From Thermodesulfobacteriota bacterium (lineage in GTDB: Bacteria; Desulfobacterota; Desulfobulbia; Desulfobulbales; SURF-16), in NCBI GenBank assembly GCA_040755455.1, contig JBFMAY010000025.1:1-62750 (forward strand): 62,750 bases of DNA, written 5' to 3'. Positions 18,294 through 27,507 of this stretch are shown here, piece after piece. Each line of letters begins with the position of its first letter. Within the stretch, counting starts at the first letter, position 1. A program made the translations under genes and the position numbers. The notes below the pieces were generated by a model. It saw nothing but the letters and a program-made list of their open reading frames with translations. It made no database searches and was not told the DNA's origin.

Positions 18294-19307
18294 ATGCGCT
18301 GCCCAAAATGCGGATATATCTCTTTTGACCAAGAAGAAGCCTGTGCAAAATGTGACGCGAATCTGGCTGAAATAAGCAGGGTTCTTGCCGGAACAGCGGT
18401 CCGGGTGCAGGAGCCTTTTTTCCTGGCTTCCATATTAGGGCAGGCGGGGCAGCAGGCAGCTGCCGAAGAGGTGGAATTCGATCTGGCGGAGGCGGAGGAG
18501 GTGCCTGAATCCGCTGTGGAAATCGATGTGGCCGCCGGGGACGAGGACGAAGGCATTCCCATGGTGGATCTGTCGCCGTTTGCACAGCAGGAGGAGCAGG
18601 CTGAGGCTGAGGCGGAGGAAGAGTCCGGCATCAGTTTCACCCTGCCCGAGGAGCAAGCGGCAGAGGTGCAGGAGGCTGGGGTTGAGGCTGAGGCTGAGGA
18701 AGAGCAGCCGGCCGAGCTGGGCACCATAGATTTTACCTTTGGCCAGGAGCCAGCCCGGGAAGACGAGCTGCGGCCTGCCCCCGAGGAAGCCGCGGGTCTT
18801 GATCTTTCCCTGGAGGAGGCCGGCGGCGAAGAGGTCTTGGAAGAGTTGGGCGGGCTTGATCTTGAGCTGGAGGAGGAAGCAGAGGCCGTGGCCCCGGAAA
18901 CTGAGGAGGCCCTGCCGGACCTGGAGCTTGAGCTGCCCGGTGAGGGCGGGCAAGCTCCGGAGCTTGATGCCGGCCTGCAGGCTGATACCGGGGAACAGGT
19001 CACGGCCGAAGAGCCCGTTGCGGCTGAGACGGTTTCCAGCCTGGATCTTGATATTGATGTCGATCTGGAAGAAGATGAGCCTTCGGAAGAAGAGATGATC
19101 TTTAATCTGGAAGACATCGACATGTCTGATCTTGTCATCGAGGGAGCGGGCGGGGCGGAGGAGGAAGCCGGGCGGCCGGAAGATACGGCCCTTGATCTGG
19201 AAGACTTTCTCAGTATGGACAAGGGCAGCGATGCCGGCATACCCATGGACCTGACCATGGAAGATATTGATCTGGGCGATGACGAGCAGGATGGGCAGGG
19301 GAAATAG
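18294..19307 (+). CDS. zinc-ribbon protein with long acidic low-complexity tail
   Basis: MRCPKCG…CAKC N-terminus followed by about 280 Glu/Asp-rich residues; GAGG RBS. Confidence 0.8.
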   Translation: MRCPKCGYISFDQEEACAKCDANLAEISRVLAGTAVRVQEPFFLASILGQAGQQAAAEEVEFDLAEAEEVPESAVEIDVAAGDEDEGIPMVDLSPFAQQEEQAEAEAEEESGISFTLPEEQAAEVQEAGVEAEAEEEQPAELGTIDFTFGQEPAREDELRPAPEEAAGLDLSLEEAGGEEVLEELGGLDLELEEEAEAVAPETEEALPDLELELPGEGGQAPELDAGLQADTGEQVTAEEPVAAETVSSLDLDIDVDLEEDEPSEEEMIFNLEDIDMSDLVIEGAGGAEEEAGRPEDTALDLEDFLSMDKGSDAGIPMDLTMEDIDLGDDEQDGQGK

Positions 19308-19348
19308 TCCCCCGGGCCGTCGGCAGGTAAGCTGTAGGTGCTGAAGAA

Positions 19349-19843
19349 ATGACAGAGAACGAATTGTCTTCGTCCGGCTTGGCCGGAGAGGATCAGGATG
19401 AACTAAGCGGGGCGGCGGTGGATTTCAGCACGCGGTGCATGGCCATGGTGATTGATGGTGTTTTCCTGGCCGGTCTTGTCGGCTGCACTCTTCTTCTTTT
19501 ACTCAGGACGGCCATGGTTCTGCCCCCGGCAGGCTGGCACAGTCTTGTCTTTCTGCTGATTTTTTCCATCGTTTCACTGCTGGTGTGGCCTCTCTTACTG
19601 TCGGCGTTTTACTTTATCGTGCTGCACAGTTTCGGCGGTCAGACCCTGGGCAAGGTTTTCATGGGCATCATGGTCGTGTCTGACGAGGGCCGGATGCTTT
19701 CCCTCGGCGCTTCGTTTCTGCGGCTGGTCGGCTATCTCCTGTCAATCGTGCCGCTGGGGGCGGGTTTTCTGTGGGTCGCCGTGGACCGGCAGCATGCCGC
19801 CTGGCACGACAAACTGGCCTGCAGCCGGGTCATTTATCTGTAA
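19349..19843 (+). CDS. RDD family membrane protein
   Basis: R…AMVID, GQTLGK, LR, WHDKLA. Confidence 0.88.
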   Translation: MTENELSSSGLAGEDQDELSGAAVDFSTRCMAMVIDGVFLAGLVGCTLLLLLRTAMVLPPAGWHSLVFLLIFSIVSLLVWPLLLSAFYFIVLHSFGGQTLGKVFMGIMVVSDEGRMLSLGASFLRLVGYLLSIVPLGAGFLWVAVDRQHAAWHDKLACSRVIYL

Positions 19844-19859
19844 CGCAAGAAAAAAATTC

Positions 19860-19888
19860 TTGACAAGGACACGGGTTTTCGATACTTT
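19860..19888 (+). promoter_or_regulatory. sigma70 promoter of tRNA-Phe
   Basis: TTGACA-17 bp-TACTTT, 10 bp before the tRNA. Confidence 0.65.
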
Positions 19889-19898
19889 CCCCCTTTAC

Positions 19899-19974
<76 letters not shown>

Positions 19975-20010
19975 GTATATAATCCGACAACGTTCGGTTT
20001 AGTCCCTAAC

Positions 20011-20039
20011 GCCCTTAGAAATAAGGGCTTTTTCTTTTT
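20011..20039 (+). terminator. terminator-like hairpin after the tRNA
   Basis: GCCCTTA-gaaa-TAAGGGC followed by a T-run. Confidence 0.55.
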
Positions 20040-20166
20040 CTGTTGTCCGTTAAATCCGTTTTGATATGCTGTAAGCCAGCAAGTTTAGGGGCCTTTGAGG
20101 GGGCTTTTTTTAGCCCTTTAAATCGCAGGCCCCCAAAATAAAGGTCCTCAAAACGGAGAAGCCCCA

Positions 20167-20232
20167 ATGCCTAAGCGGACAGTGCCCCTAACTGATATCC
20201 AGGTTCGTAATATCAAGCCTCAACAGAAGGAG
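20167..20232 (+). pseudogene. N-terminal stub of a P4-like tyrosine integrase (arm-binding domain)
   Basis: MPKRTVPLTDIQVRNIKPQQKE resembles the LTD..IR..KP start of P4-type integrases; GGAG RBS; GGGGC/GCCCC arm-site-like repeats at 20084-20166; similarity is then lost. Confidence 0.7.
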
Positions 20233-20359
20233 ATTGATCAGGCGGCAATGCTACTATCCGCAACGTTCGAATTAGGCCTAAAGTCATTATGCCAACGCCA
20301 TAATTTTCAATATGAATCGTCTGAAGTCGATGGTATGGTAGGAATTGCGATCAAACTTA

Positions 20360-21293
20360 GTGCTTATATATAAATAATTCTCTTGCCATTTTGCTACAAG
20401 AAGTTGATAATCCGTCAAATACAACTTAAATGACGGAGGCGTAGCATGGCAAGAATTAAAACATGGGAAATCTCCGATGAGTTTTGGTCCCTGGTCGAAC
20501 CGTTGATCCCGCAGAGCCCACGAGTTGAACAGAAATCTTATGTGCGCAAGCCAGGAGGCGGCAGAAAGCGGAAGTATTCGGATCGATTGTACTTTGCTGC
20601 TATTGTGTATGTGCTCCGCACAGGTATCATCTGGAATGCTTTGCCACGGGAAAAATTCGAAGGTTTGGGATCGGCGGCAGTTCATCGTAAATTTCAGCAG
20701 TGGGCCACAGCAGGTGTTTTTTATAAACTTTGGCGACGCGGATTGGCTGAATATGACGAGATGGCGGGGGTTGCCTGGCTTTGGGAGGCGGCAGGTGGGT
20801 CGAATATTGAAGCACCCCTCGCGAAAGAGTCTGTTGGCCCAAACCCAATTGATCGGGGAAAAAAATGGTACAAAACGAAGTCTGCTCGTCGACGAATATG
20901 GCGTCCCCTTGTCGCTCATCGTAACCGGAGCCAACCGGCATGACAGCGTGCCCCTCGTCCACTATTGAAAGCGCGCATTATGAAGTCGACTGATGAAGCT
21001 ACCCCCCCATAATCTATGTCTTGACGCTGCATATGTGGGGAAAGAAGATGTTGTAAAAGCCAACGGCTTCGTTCCCCACATACGCTCAAGGGGAGAGGAA
21101 AAGCAATTGATCGAGAGGGAGCCGACTTTCAAGCCACGCAGATGGGTGGTTGAGCTCGCCCATTCCTGGTTCAACAGATTCCGCAAGCTGATTCCGCGAT
21201 ATGAGAAGACAGACCTCTCGTATAATGCCCTGAATGCTTTGGCTGCTGCTATGATTGTGTTGAGCAAAGTCATGTTTATTTATAGATAAGCAC
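20360..21293 (+). mobile_element. IS5-family insertion sequence (degraded)
   Basis: Inverted repeats CTTAGTGCTTATATATAAATAA (20356-20377) and TTATTTATAGATAAGCACTAAG (21276-21297), 21/22, including probable TA flanks. Confidence 0.85.
20446..21289 (+). pseudogene. IS5-family transposase, frameshifted
   Basis: ISDEFW…YVLRTGIIWNALP; GPNPIDRG/K at the GGGGAAAAAAA slip site; GANRHD; LCLDAAY; RRWVVE..HSW.NRFRKL; two extra frameshifts near 20957 and 21005. Confidence 0.85.
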
Positions 21294-21499
21294 TAAGGGC
21301 AAACCGTCAGGGGAATCCCGGGGTGTGCTTTGCCATAACAGCAAAGTGCACCGGGAAGCGGGCGCCTTTGCCGGTGAGTTCCTGCAAGGTGAGCTGGCTG
21401 GTGGGTTGGGCAGTGGCGCAAAGGGTTCGGCGGGGATCAATTTGATAGCGCTAACAAAAATAAAGAGTGTCTGTTTTTTGCGGACGGTGTATGATTTTC

Positions 21500-21528
21500 T
21501 TGCCAAGGGTGAAGTGTTCTGCTATATA
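21500..21528 (+). promoter_or_regulatory. sigma70-like promoter
   Basis: TTGCCA-17 bp-TATATA with an extended TG. Confidence 0.45.
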
Positions 21529-21639
21529 TAAACGTTTAAATTGCGTGACTGAAAACGAAAAGTGCTGATGATTCTGCGGGTTGTAAAAGGAAAAAAATAA
21601 GTCAGCAGAAGGGGATTTGTTGGTGGGGGAAAACGGCGC

Positions 21640-21681
21640 GTAAATCCGTGTTACCCTGATGCGAGTCCTGGTTCGGCGCCA
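21640..21681 (+). repeat. degenerate copy of the tRNA-Phe 3' half (probable attR)
   Basis: GTAAATCCGTGTTACCCTGATGCGAGTCCTGGTT-CGGCGCCA aligns to 19932-19974 at 34/43 positions by manual alignment. Confidence 0.7.
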
Positions 21682-21689
21682 GAGATATG

Positions 21690-21721
21690 AAAGGGGTTGT
21701 GTAACCGCGCAGCCCCTTTTT
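21690..21721 (+). terminator. intrinsic terminator
   Basis: AAAGGGGTTGTG…CGCAGCCCCTTTTT. Confidence 0.65.
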
Positions 21722-21953
21722 CCTATTGTTCAGCCGCAGGCGGATTCCGGCATCGCCCGGAAATGGCAACTGCGGTCTGCGCTAATGTAAATCAATCGAT
21801 AAGCAAATAAAATGGACGCCGGCTCGATGCGGCGTGACAGGTTAATATGCAATCTATACCCCGGCAATGGGGGTAATTTTATGCCTGGACTGACCCTGGT
21901 ATTTGGCGGGCCGGCCAGGTGAAAACCCGTTATGGAGAGTGGGGTGGGGCGTT

Positions 21954-22511
21954 ATGGTAGAGAAGACTAAGTGTACGTTGTACAGTGGCGGGATGAAAGG
22001 CGCGGAAGCTGCATTCGGCGAGGCAGCCGAAAGATGGGGGCTGCAGGAGGTGAATTTTTCCTATGCAGGCCATGTCATGGCCCGGGATAAGCATGTGGTG
22101 ATGCTTTCGGCGGATGAGCTTGCCAGGGGCGATATCAGCATGGAAATCGCCTCGAAGATGATGAATCGGACCTATTATGAAAAAAAGAAGATCAGGACGG
22201 TGCTGCAGTCGATTTTTCATATGGTCAATAAGGGGCACCAGGTTTTTGCCGTGGGCAAAATTCTTGAGGATGATACCGTCAAAGGCGGGACCGGCTGGGC
22301 GGTTGAGCTGGCAAGGCTTTTCAATCGCCCCGTGAGTGTCTATGATCAGGAACGGAAGGGCTGGTTCACCTGGCAGGAGGGTGCCTGGAAGCCGGACACC
22401 CCCACCATTACCTTTGACACCTTTGCCGGCTCCGGCACCAGAAATCTGACCGATGACGGCAGAGCGGCCATCGATGAGCTCTTTGCCAGGTCATTCGGGC
22501 CAAGCCGATAA
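21954..22511 (+). CDS. hypothetical protein, possibly SLOG-like nucleotide-binding fold
   Basis: LYSGGMKGAEAAF and KGGTGWAV glycine motifs, GSGTR; codon usage like the host genes. Confidence 0.7.
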   Translation: MVEKTKCTLYSGGMKGAEAAFGEAAERWGLQEVNFSYAGHVMARDKHVVMLSADELARGDISMEIASKMMNRTYYEKKKIRTVLQSIFHMVNKGHQVFAVGKILEDDTVKGGTGWAVELARLFNRPVSVYDQERKGWFTWQEGAWKPDTPTITFDTFAGSGTRNLTDDGRAAIDELFARSFGPSR

Positions 22512-22570
22512 ATTTTCTTGACATGCTGTTGGCCGATGGTTTATGTAACTCGATTCTTATGAGTATTTTG

Positions 22571-22601
22571 AAACGGCCCCGATCAGCGGGCCGTTTTTTT
22601 T
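22571..22601 (+). terminator. intrinsic terminator
   Basis: AAACGGCCC-N8-GGGCCGTTT followed by a T-run. Confidence 0.6.
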
Positions 22602-22682
22602 AATTGTAATGGACCCAACGTAATTTTTTTCCCGCGGGCGGGGACATGTAGTAACAGAGCTAAAAAGTTTGAGGAAAAAGAG

Positions 22683-24770
22683 ATGCAGAAAGATTTGTCG
22701 AAAGTTCGCAATATCGGAATCAGCGCCCATATTGATTCCGGTAAAACGACCCTGACGGAAAGGATTCTTTATTATACGGACCGTATCCACGCGATTCACG
22801 AGGTAAGGGGCAAGGATGGCGTTGGCGCCAAGATGGACTCCATGGAGCTGGAAAAGGAAAGGGGCATTACCATCCAGTCTGCGGCCACCTACTGTAACTG
22901 GAAGGATCATTCCATCAACATCATCGATACCCCCGGCCATGTGGATTTCACCATCGAGGTTGAGCGCGCGCTTAGGGTGCTGGACGGCGCGGTGCTGATT
23001 CTCTGCTCCGTTGGCGGCGTTCAGTCCCAGAGCATCACGGTCAATCGGCAGATGTCCCGTTACAAGGTACCGCGGGTGGTTTTCATCAACAAATGCGACC
23101 GGACCGGCGCCAATCCCGAGCGGGTGACCAAACAGGTCAGGGACAAGCTGGGGCTTAACGCGGTCATGCTGCAGATGCCCATTGGCCTGGAAGGCGACCT
23201 GGAAGGCGTGATCGATCTGGTCAAGATGAAGGCCATCTATTTTGACGGCGACAACGGTGAGAAGATCCGGGAGGAGGAAATTCCGGCGCACCTGCTTGAT
23301 GAGGCCACGGGAAAACGGGAAGAGATGCTTGATGCCGTCTCCATGTTTTCCGATGAGCTGATGGAAGCGGTCCTCGAAGGCGAGCCCACCGAGAAGATGA
23401 TCAAGGATGCGGTGCGCAAGGGCACTCTCGCCCTGGAACTGGCGCCGGTTTTCATGGGTTCTGCCTACAAGAACAAGGGTGTGCAGTGTCTGCTGGACGC
23501 CATTACCATGTATATGCCCAACCCCATGGATATCAGAAACGTCGCACTCGATCTCAAGAATAATGAGCAGGAGATTGTCCTGTCCTCCAAACCTGAGGAC
23601 CCGCTGGTCTGTCTGGCCTTCAAGCTTGAGGACGGCCGGTACGGCCAGCTGACCTATATCCGCAATTATCAGGGATTTTTGAAAAAAGGTGACACCATCA
23701 TCAACAGCCGTACCGGCAAAAAGGTGAAGATCGGCCGCCTGGTGCGCATGCACGCCGATGAGATGGAAGAGATCGAAGAGTCCGGCGCCGGTGATATCGT
23801 GGCCCTGTTCGGCGTTGACTGTGCCTCGGGTGATACCTTCACCTCCAGTGATGTCAGTTACTCCATGAGTTCCATGCATGTGCCGAACCCGGTAATCTCG
23901 CTCGCCATTATCCCGGTGGACAACAAGGCCCAGAGCAATATGTCCAAGGCGCTCAACCGCTTTACCAAGGAAGATCCCACCTTCAGGACCTATGTGGATC
24001 ATGAAACCAATGAAACCATCGTCTCCGGCATGGGTGAGCTGCATCTGGATGTCTACATTGAGCGCATGAAACGGGAATACGGCGCTGAAGTCAAGGTTGG
24101 CGCGCCCCAGGTGGCCTACCGCGAAACCATTACCCAGCGGGCGGAGTTCAACTACTCCCATAAGAAGCAGACCGGCGGTTCCGGTCAGTTCGGCCGGGTG
24201 GCCGGCTATATGGAGCCCCTGGAAGAGGGTGAATACGAATTTGTCGATAATATCGTCGGCGGCTCCATTCCCCGGGAATTCATCGCCTCCTGCGATAAAG
24301 GCTTTCGGAAGAGCCTGGAGAAAGGTGCCCTGGCGGAGTTCCCGGTCAGCGGGGTGCGCTGCGTCATCAATGACGGCGCGGCCCATGCCGTGGATTCCTC
24401 CGACATTGCCTTCCAGCTGGCGGCCATAGGTGCCTTCAAGGAGGGTTACCGGAAGGCCAATCCCGTGCTGATGGAACCGATCATGAAGGTTGCCGTTGAA
24501 GGACCCACCGAGTTTCAGGGTTCGATCATGGGCAGTCTGAATCAGCGCCGCGGCATCATCATCGGTACACTGGAGGAAGGGGAATATACGGTTGTTGAAG
24601 CCGAGGTGCCCCTTTCAGAGATGTTCGGTTACTCCACGGTGCTGCGTTCCCTTACCCAGGGCAAGGCGGAATTCACCATGGAGTTCAGCGACTATAAGCA
24701 GGTGCCCAGAAATGTGGCGGAAAATTTGATTGAAGAGTTGCGCAAGAAAAAGAAAGAGCAGGGGAAATAG
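22683..24770 (+). CDS. fusA: elongation factor G (copy outside the str operon)
   Basis: [51 protein letters not shown]. Confidence 0.97.
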   Translation: MQKDLSKVRNIGISAHIDSGKTTLTERILYYTDRIHAIHEVRGKDGVGAKMDSMELEKERGITIQSAATYCNWKDHSINIIDTPGHVDFTIEVERALRVLDGAVLILCSVGGVQSQSITVNRQMSRYKVPRVVFINKCDRTGANPERVTKQVRDKLGLNAVMLQMPIGLEGDLEGVIDLVKMKAIYFDGDNGEKIREEEIPAHLLDEATGKREEMLDAVSMFSDELMEAVLEGEPTEKMIKDAVRKGTLALELAPVFMGSAYKNKGVQCLLDAITMYMPNPMDIRNVALDLKNNEQEIVLSSKPEDPLVCLAFKLEDGRYGQLTYIRNYQGFLKKGDTIINSRTGKKVKIGRLVRMHADEMEEIEESGAGDIVALFGVDCASGDTFTSSDVSYSMSSMHVPNPVISLAIIPVDNKAQSNMSKALNRFTKEDPTFRTYVDHETNETIVSGMGELHLDVYIERMKREYGAEVKVGAPQVAYRETITQRAEFNYSHKKQTGGSGQFGRVAGYMEPLEEGEYEFVDNIVGGSIPREFIASCDKGFRKSLEKGALAEFPVSGVRCVINDGAAHAVDSSDIAFQLAAIGAFKEGYRKANPVLMEPIMKVAVEGPTEFQGSIMGSLNQRRGIIIGTLEEGEYTVVEAEVPLSEMFGYSTVLRSLTQGKAEFTMEFSDYKQVPRNVAENLIEELRKKKKEQGK

Positions 24771-24779
24771 GGTGACACT

Positions 24780-25490
24780 ATGTTGAAAGAGGATCTGATT
24801 AAAAAGAATCCGCTTCGTGTCCTGAGTCCGGCCGATCAGGGCAAGTCGGAAGCCCCCAAGTTGGGACTGGTTATGTCCCGCGCCGGCTTGGGAAAGACCG
24901 CTATCCTGGTGCAGATTGCCCTGGACAGCATGCTGCGAGGCAACAAGGTGCTGCATGTGAGCATTGGCCAGAGTCTGGAAAAAACAAAAATCTGGTATAA
25001 TGATATTTTTCAGGATATCGCCAGGGCTGGTAATCTGGAGCGTGCCGCCGATATACAGGAAGAGCTCATGAGTCAGCGGATGATCATGACCTTTAACGAA
25101 GAGAGTTTCGGCGTCGCCAAACTGCGTGAGCGGCTGAAGGATCTCATCGATCAGAATATATTCCAGCCGGACTGTCTGCTGGTGGATGGTTTTGACTGTT
25201 CCATCTCGCCGGAGAAGGTTCTCGGCCAGATGCGGGATCTGGCCAAAGACATGAATATCAATATGTGGTTTTCCGCAGTGTGCCACCGTGGCGACGATCG
25301 GGTCAGCAAATCGGGTGTCCCGGCCCCGTGCCATGAGGCCGACGATTTGTTTGACACCATTATTCTGCTGCAGCCTGACGCGGAAAAAAAATGTGTCGCC
25401 TTGAATATCATCAAGCGTGATGGTAAAGTAGGTGAGAGTCGAACGAATCTGACCCTTGATCCGTCCACCTTGCTGATTCTGGAAAAATGA
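24780..25490 (+). CDS. RecA/KaiC-like P-loop protein
   Basis: Variant Walker A SRAGLGKT, VLHVS, Walker B LLVDG. Confidence 0.7.
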   Translation: MLKEDLIKKNPLRVLSPADQGKSEAPKLGLVMSRAGLGKTAILVQIALDSMLRGNKVLHVSIGQSLEKTKIWYNDIFQDIARAGNLERAADIQEELMSQRMIMTFNEESFGVAKLRERLKDLIDQNIFQPDCLLVDGFDCSISPEKVLGQMRDLAKDMNINMWFSAVCHRGDDRVSKSGVPAPCHEADDLFDTIILLQPDAEKKCVALNIIKRDGKVGESRTNLTLDPSTLLILEK

Positions 25491-25585
25491 TCATTTGATT
25501 TTGGAGAGTGGATTCCGGATCTCTGGTTGATTATTTCGTTCTTTTACCCAGCATCTCCGGAATCCCTGTCCGAATCCGCAATATT

Positions 25586-26362
25586 ATGAGATTTCGTCCC
25601 TGTATTGACCTGCATAACGGCTGCGTCAAGCAGATTGTCGGTTCCACCCTTTCTGATTCCCCTTCTGCGTCGCTCACGACCAATTTTTTATCCCCCCACT
25701 CATCCGCCTATTACGCGCACATGTATAAGGCCGATAATCTGACCGGCGGCCATGTGATCATGCTCGGCCCGGGCAATGAAGCGGCGGCTGAAGAGGCTTT
25801 GGCCGTCTGGCCCGGCGGTCTGCAGATCGGCGGCGGCATCAATGTCCTCAACGCCGCCGACTGGCTGGACAAAGGGGCCTCGGCGGTCATCGTCACTTCC
25901 TATGTTTTTCAGGACGGGCTGATCCATGAGGAGCGGCTGGGCGGCATGATGGCTGCCGTGGGCCGGGAACATCTGGTGCTTGATCTGAGCTGCCGGAAAA
26001 AAGGCAATGATTATTTCATCGTCACCGACCGCTGGCAGAAGTTTACCTCGGTGGCGGTAACGGAAGAGTCGCTGAACTATTTTGCCTCCTTTTGCCACGA
26101 ATTTTTGATCCACGCCGTGGATGTGGAAGGCAAATGCGCGGGCATTGAAGAGGAACTGGCCGAAAAACTCGGCAGATGGACGCCGATTCCCACCACCTAT
26201 GCCGGGGGGGTGAAGAATCTGGCTGATCTGGAAAAGCTGCAGGTTCTTGGAAAAAACCGGCTTGACGCCACCATCGGCAGCGCCCTGGACATCTTCGGCG
26301 GCACCGGTATCACCTATGCCGAGGCCGTGGCCTTTCATCGCCGTGCCTGCGGGCTGTCATAA
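25586..26362 (+). CDS. hisA: phosphoribosylformimino-AICAR isomerase, His6 (eukaryote-like) type
   Basis: FRPCIDLHNGCVKQIVG, GGHVIMLG, LQIGGGI, LVLDLSCR, DVEG, GSALDIFGG. Confidence 0.9.
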   Translation: MRFRPCIDLHNGCVKQIVGSTLSDSPSASLTTNFLSPHSSAYYAHMYKADNLTGGHVIMLGPGNEAAAEEALAVWPGGLQIGGGINVLNAADWLDKGASAVIVTSYVFQDGLIHEERLGGMMAAVGREHLVLDLSCRKKGNDYFIVTDRWQKFTSVAVTEESLNYFASFCHEFLIHAVDVEGKCAGIEEELAEKLGRWTPIPTTYAGGVKNLADLEKLQVLGKNRLDATIGSALDIFGGTGITYAEAVAFHRRACGLS

Positions 26363-26397
26363 ATGCTGCGGGCTGACCCGTTCAGCAGTAAACTGCC

Positions 26398-27309
26398 ATG
26401 AGCAGATGGTACGTTCTGCTGCTCGCGGGCATCTGCTGCATCAGCACCTCGGCCATCCTGGTTACCCTTGCCGGGGTGCATCCCACGGTTTCCGCCTTTT
26501 ATCGTAATTTTTTTGCCGCCCTCATCTGGTTGTTGCTTTATCCTTTTACCCGCCCGTTTCGTGCGGCAATCCTGAAAACAGGCCATGGGGCGGTCCTTGA
26601 GGCGGCAAATCCCCGATTTGGTTTTCTCGTTCGCGCGCCCCGTGCCACATTGCTCCTGATTTTGCTGGGGTTTTTCTTTGCCGTTGACCTGTGGGCCTGG
26701 CACCGGAGCATCATTTTTCTCGGCGCTGGCCCGGCCACCCTGCTGGGTAATCTCCAGGTTTTGATTGTTTCCCTGCTGGCGGTTTTCTTTTTCAGGGAGG
26801 CTCTGCAGAAATGGTTCTGGCCCGGCTGTTTTCTTGCCCTGCTCGGTATTGCTCTGCTGACCTTGACCAGAGGTGTCGGCCATGGGGTGCTGCCCGGTGT
26901 CATGTATGGACTGGTGACTTCCTTCACCTATTCCTTTTTTCTCATTATTTTGCGTTTTCTCAGAAATTATCAGACCACCCCGCAACAGGTGCTCTTCTGG
27001 GTGGCGGTCATCTCCTCTTTTTTTCTCTTTTTCCCCATGGCGGGCGAGGGCAATGTGCTGATCCCCGGCAGGGAGGCCCTGGGCTTGCTGGCCCTGCATG
27101 CCTTTCTCTCCTCGGTGGTCGGCTGGTGGCTTATTATCACCGCCCTGCCCCATGTTCCCGTGGCTGTGTCCTCAACCCTGCTTCTTCTGCAGCCGCTGCT
27201 GACCAGCATCTGGGGCCATATTTTTCTGCAGCAGACCCTCTCCTCCTGGCAGACTGCCGGTATTGTTCTTGCCGTGTGCGGCATCCGTCTGGCAACCTGG
27301 CGGCGCTAA
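26398..27309 (+). CDS. DMT/EamA family transporter
   Basis: About 10 hydrophobic segments in two repeats; ATLLGNLQ, LLQPL. Confidence 0.85.
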   Translation: MSRWYVLLLAGICCISTSAILVTLAGVHPTVSAFYRNFFAALIWLLLYPFTRPFRAAILKTGHGAVLEAANPRFGFLVRAPRATLLLILLGFFFAVDLWAWHRSIIFLGAGPATLLGNLQVLIVSLLAVFFFREALQKWFWPGCFLALLGIALLTLTRGVGHGVLPGVMYGLVTSFTYSFFLIILRFLRNYQTTPQQVLFWVAVISSFFLFFPMAGEGNVLIPGREALGLLALHAFLSSVVGWWLIITALPHVPVAVSSTLLLLQPLLTSIWGHIFLQQTLSSWQTAGIVLAVCGIRLATWRR

Positions 27310-27507
27310 CAAGCGCATGGCAGCGACAGGTGGTGCCTCTTCGGGTTGTTCCATCCTGCCCGTTGCGGATTCTGCTATCTGTTTGCCGATAAAGGTGTTT
27401 TCGGCGGATCATTCAGGTTGATTGACAAATATTGCCGCTTCTTTCATGATATAATTGCAGTACACCTCTTCATTTTTGTCTGTAAAACCGGGTGAACAAG
27501 GAGGGCA

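Noticed and set aside
17960..19258. 432-aa Ser-rich minus-strand ORF
   Set aside because: Antisense shadow of the Glu-rich gene 18294-19307.
21296..21360. AGGGCAAACC resembling the start of a c-di-GMP-I riboswitch, plus a nearby hairpin
   Set aside because: The GAAA tetraloop stem and the following GACGCAAAG element are absent.
21655..21670. CTGATGCGAG resembling a hammerhead ribozyme core
   Set aside because: It does not match CUGANGA and is better explained as a decayed tRNA T-arm.
22557..24386. 609-aa ORF antisense to fusA
   Set aside because: Typical stop-poor antisense frame of a GC-rich gene; no motifs.
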